From contig JBPCJG010000106.1 of the NCBI GenBank assembly GCA_051005515.1, positions 1-33,920 of the forward strand: a stretch of 33,920 nt of DNA, in the 5' to 3' direction. Source of the DNA: Longimicrobiaceae bacterium (GTDB lineage Bacteria; Gemmatimonadota; Gemmatimonadetes; Longimicrobiales; Longimicrobiaceae). The notes under the pieces were generated by a model. It saw only the letters and a program-made list of their open reading frames with translations, had not been told where the DNA came from and did not search any database. The position numbers and the translations under genes are program-made. Below, piece by piece: positions 33,555-33,920 of the stretch; the first letter of the stretch is position 1; each line of letters begins with the position of its first letter.

Positions 33555-33920
33555 GTGCAGCGCGATCCCCACGCCGGCCCCACGCCGGCCGATGACGTAC
33601 CCGAGCAGCAGCCGCCCGGAACGGAGGGCGAGCTGAAGCCCCGCGCCGACCACGGGGAGGACAGCTACCGCGGCTGCGGCAAGCTCGAGGGGTTGGCGGC
33701 GATCATCACCGGCGGCGACAGCGGCATTGGCAGGGCGGTGGCGATCGCTTTCGCCCGGGAGGGAGCCGATGTCGCCGTCGGCTACGAAGCCGACAAGGAA
33801 GACGCGGACGCGCGGGAGACGGAGCGATGGGTCGAGAAGGCGGGGCGCAGGTGCCTGCTGCACCGCTTCGATGTGCGCGAGCCGGAGCAGTGCCGGGACT
33901 TCGTGGAGCGCGCGCGGAAG
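33555..33920 (+). CDS. SDR-family oxidoreductase, YghA/YhdF (general-stress glucose-dehydrogenase-like) type, 3'-truncated by the window end
   Basis: Open frame running to the window end: '...EQQPPGTEGELKPRADHGEDSYRGCGKLEGLAAIITGGDSGIGRAVAIAFAREGADVAVGY...'. Matches the YghA-type N-terminus and the TGGDSGIG motif. Start is GTG 33555 or ATG 33498. Not in the ORF track because it has no stop. Confidence 0.7.
   Translation, partial: MQRDPHAGPTPADDVPEQQPPGTEGELKPRADHGEDSYRGCGKLEGLAAIITGGDSGIGRAVAIAFAREGADVAVGYEADKEDADARETERWVEKAGRRCLLHRFDVREPEQCRDFVERARK

Noticed and set aside
33304-33863. Track ORFs 33304-33534 (-) and 33441-33863 (-).
   Set aside because: The first is out of frame with the XRE-like reading. 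The second is antisense to the clearly recognisable YghA-type SDR. Neither has motifs.
1-33920. Mobile elements, phage genes, or known defence systems (restriction-modification, CBASS, Cas, abortive infection and similar).
   Set aside because: I recognised no transposase, integrase, recombinase, nuclease/ATPase defence signature, flanking tRNA or compositional break. The only hint of accessory DNA is the XRE-like remnant near 33.3 kb.

Overview
High-GC (roughly 70% by eye), gene-dense bacterial chromosomal window with about 38 protein-coding genes. I recognised no rRNA, tRNA, CRISPR array, transposase or integrase. Many long Arg/Pro/Ala-rich ORFs in the track are out-of-frame or antisense shadows typical of high-GC DNA, and I ignored them. 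All start codons are chosen by eye.

Gene order:
- 86-2772 (-): phenylacetyl-CoA epoxidase operon paaA, DUF59 gene, paaB, paaC, Zn-ribbon gene. PaaD appears split into two ORFs.
- 2862-4648: thyX (-), then a divergent signal-peptide-less BtuF-like binding protein (+).
- 4733-9347 (+): a run of small stress-type proteins. These are an SPW-repeat protein, a 4-Cys protein, a glycine-zipper lipoprotein, a DUF2383-DUF883 fusion, a DUF3618 protein, SURF1, and a CBS-pair protein with a Gly/Tyr/Arg-rich N-terminal region.
- 9400-18138: housekeeping genes ccdA, a nitronate-monooxygenase-family gene, a HemQ/chlorite-dismutase-family gene, mlaE-mlaF-mlaD-like genes, lysC, asd and a NUDIX hydrolase.
- 18585-29097: the most interesting part. 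It holds a SAM methyltransferase coupled to a small helical ORF, then a glycoside-hydrolase-like gene whose barrel motifs are in circularly permuted order. Next comes a translationally coupled string of two SDR epimerases, a Zn-ADH, a Gfo/Idh/MocA oxidoreductase, a GT4 glycosyltransferase and three tandem CgeB-like paralogues. I see no recognisable exporter or priming transferase.
- 29126-32294: a small membrane protein, an SLC12-type cation-chloride cotransporter homologue, and a convergent LEA_2 lipoprotein.
- 32295-33920: a repeat-rich, hairpin-rich intergenic region, a GNAT acetyltransferase, a frameshifted XRE/antitoxin-like remnant, and a 3'-truncated YghA/YhdF-type SDR.

Family assignments come from motif recognition, not searches.
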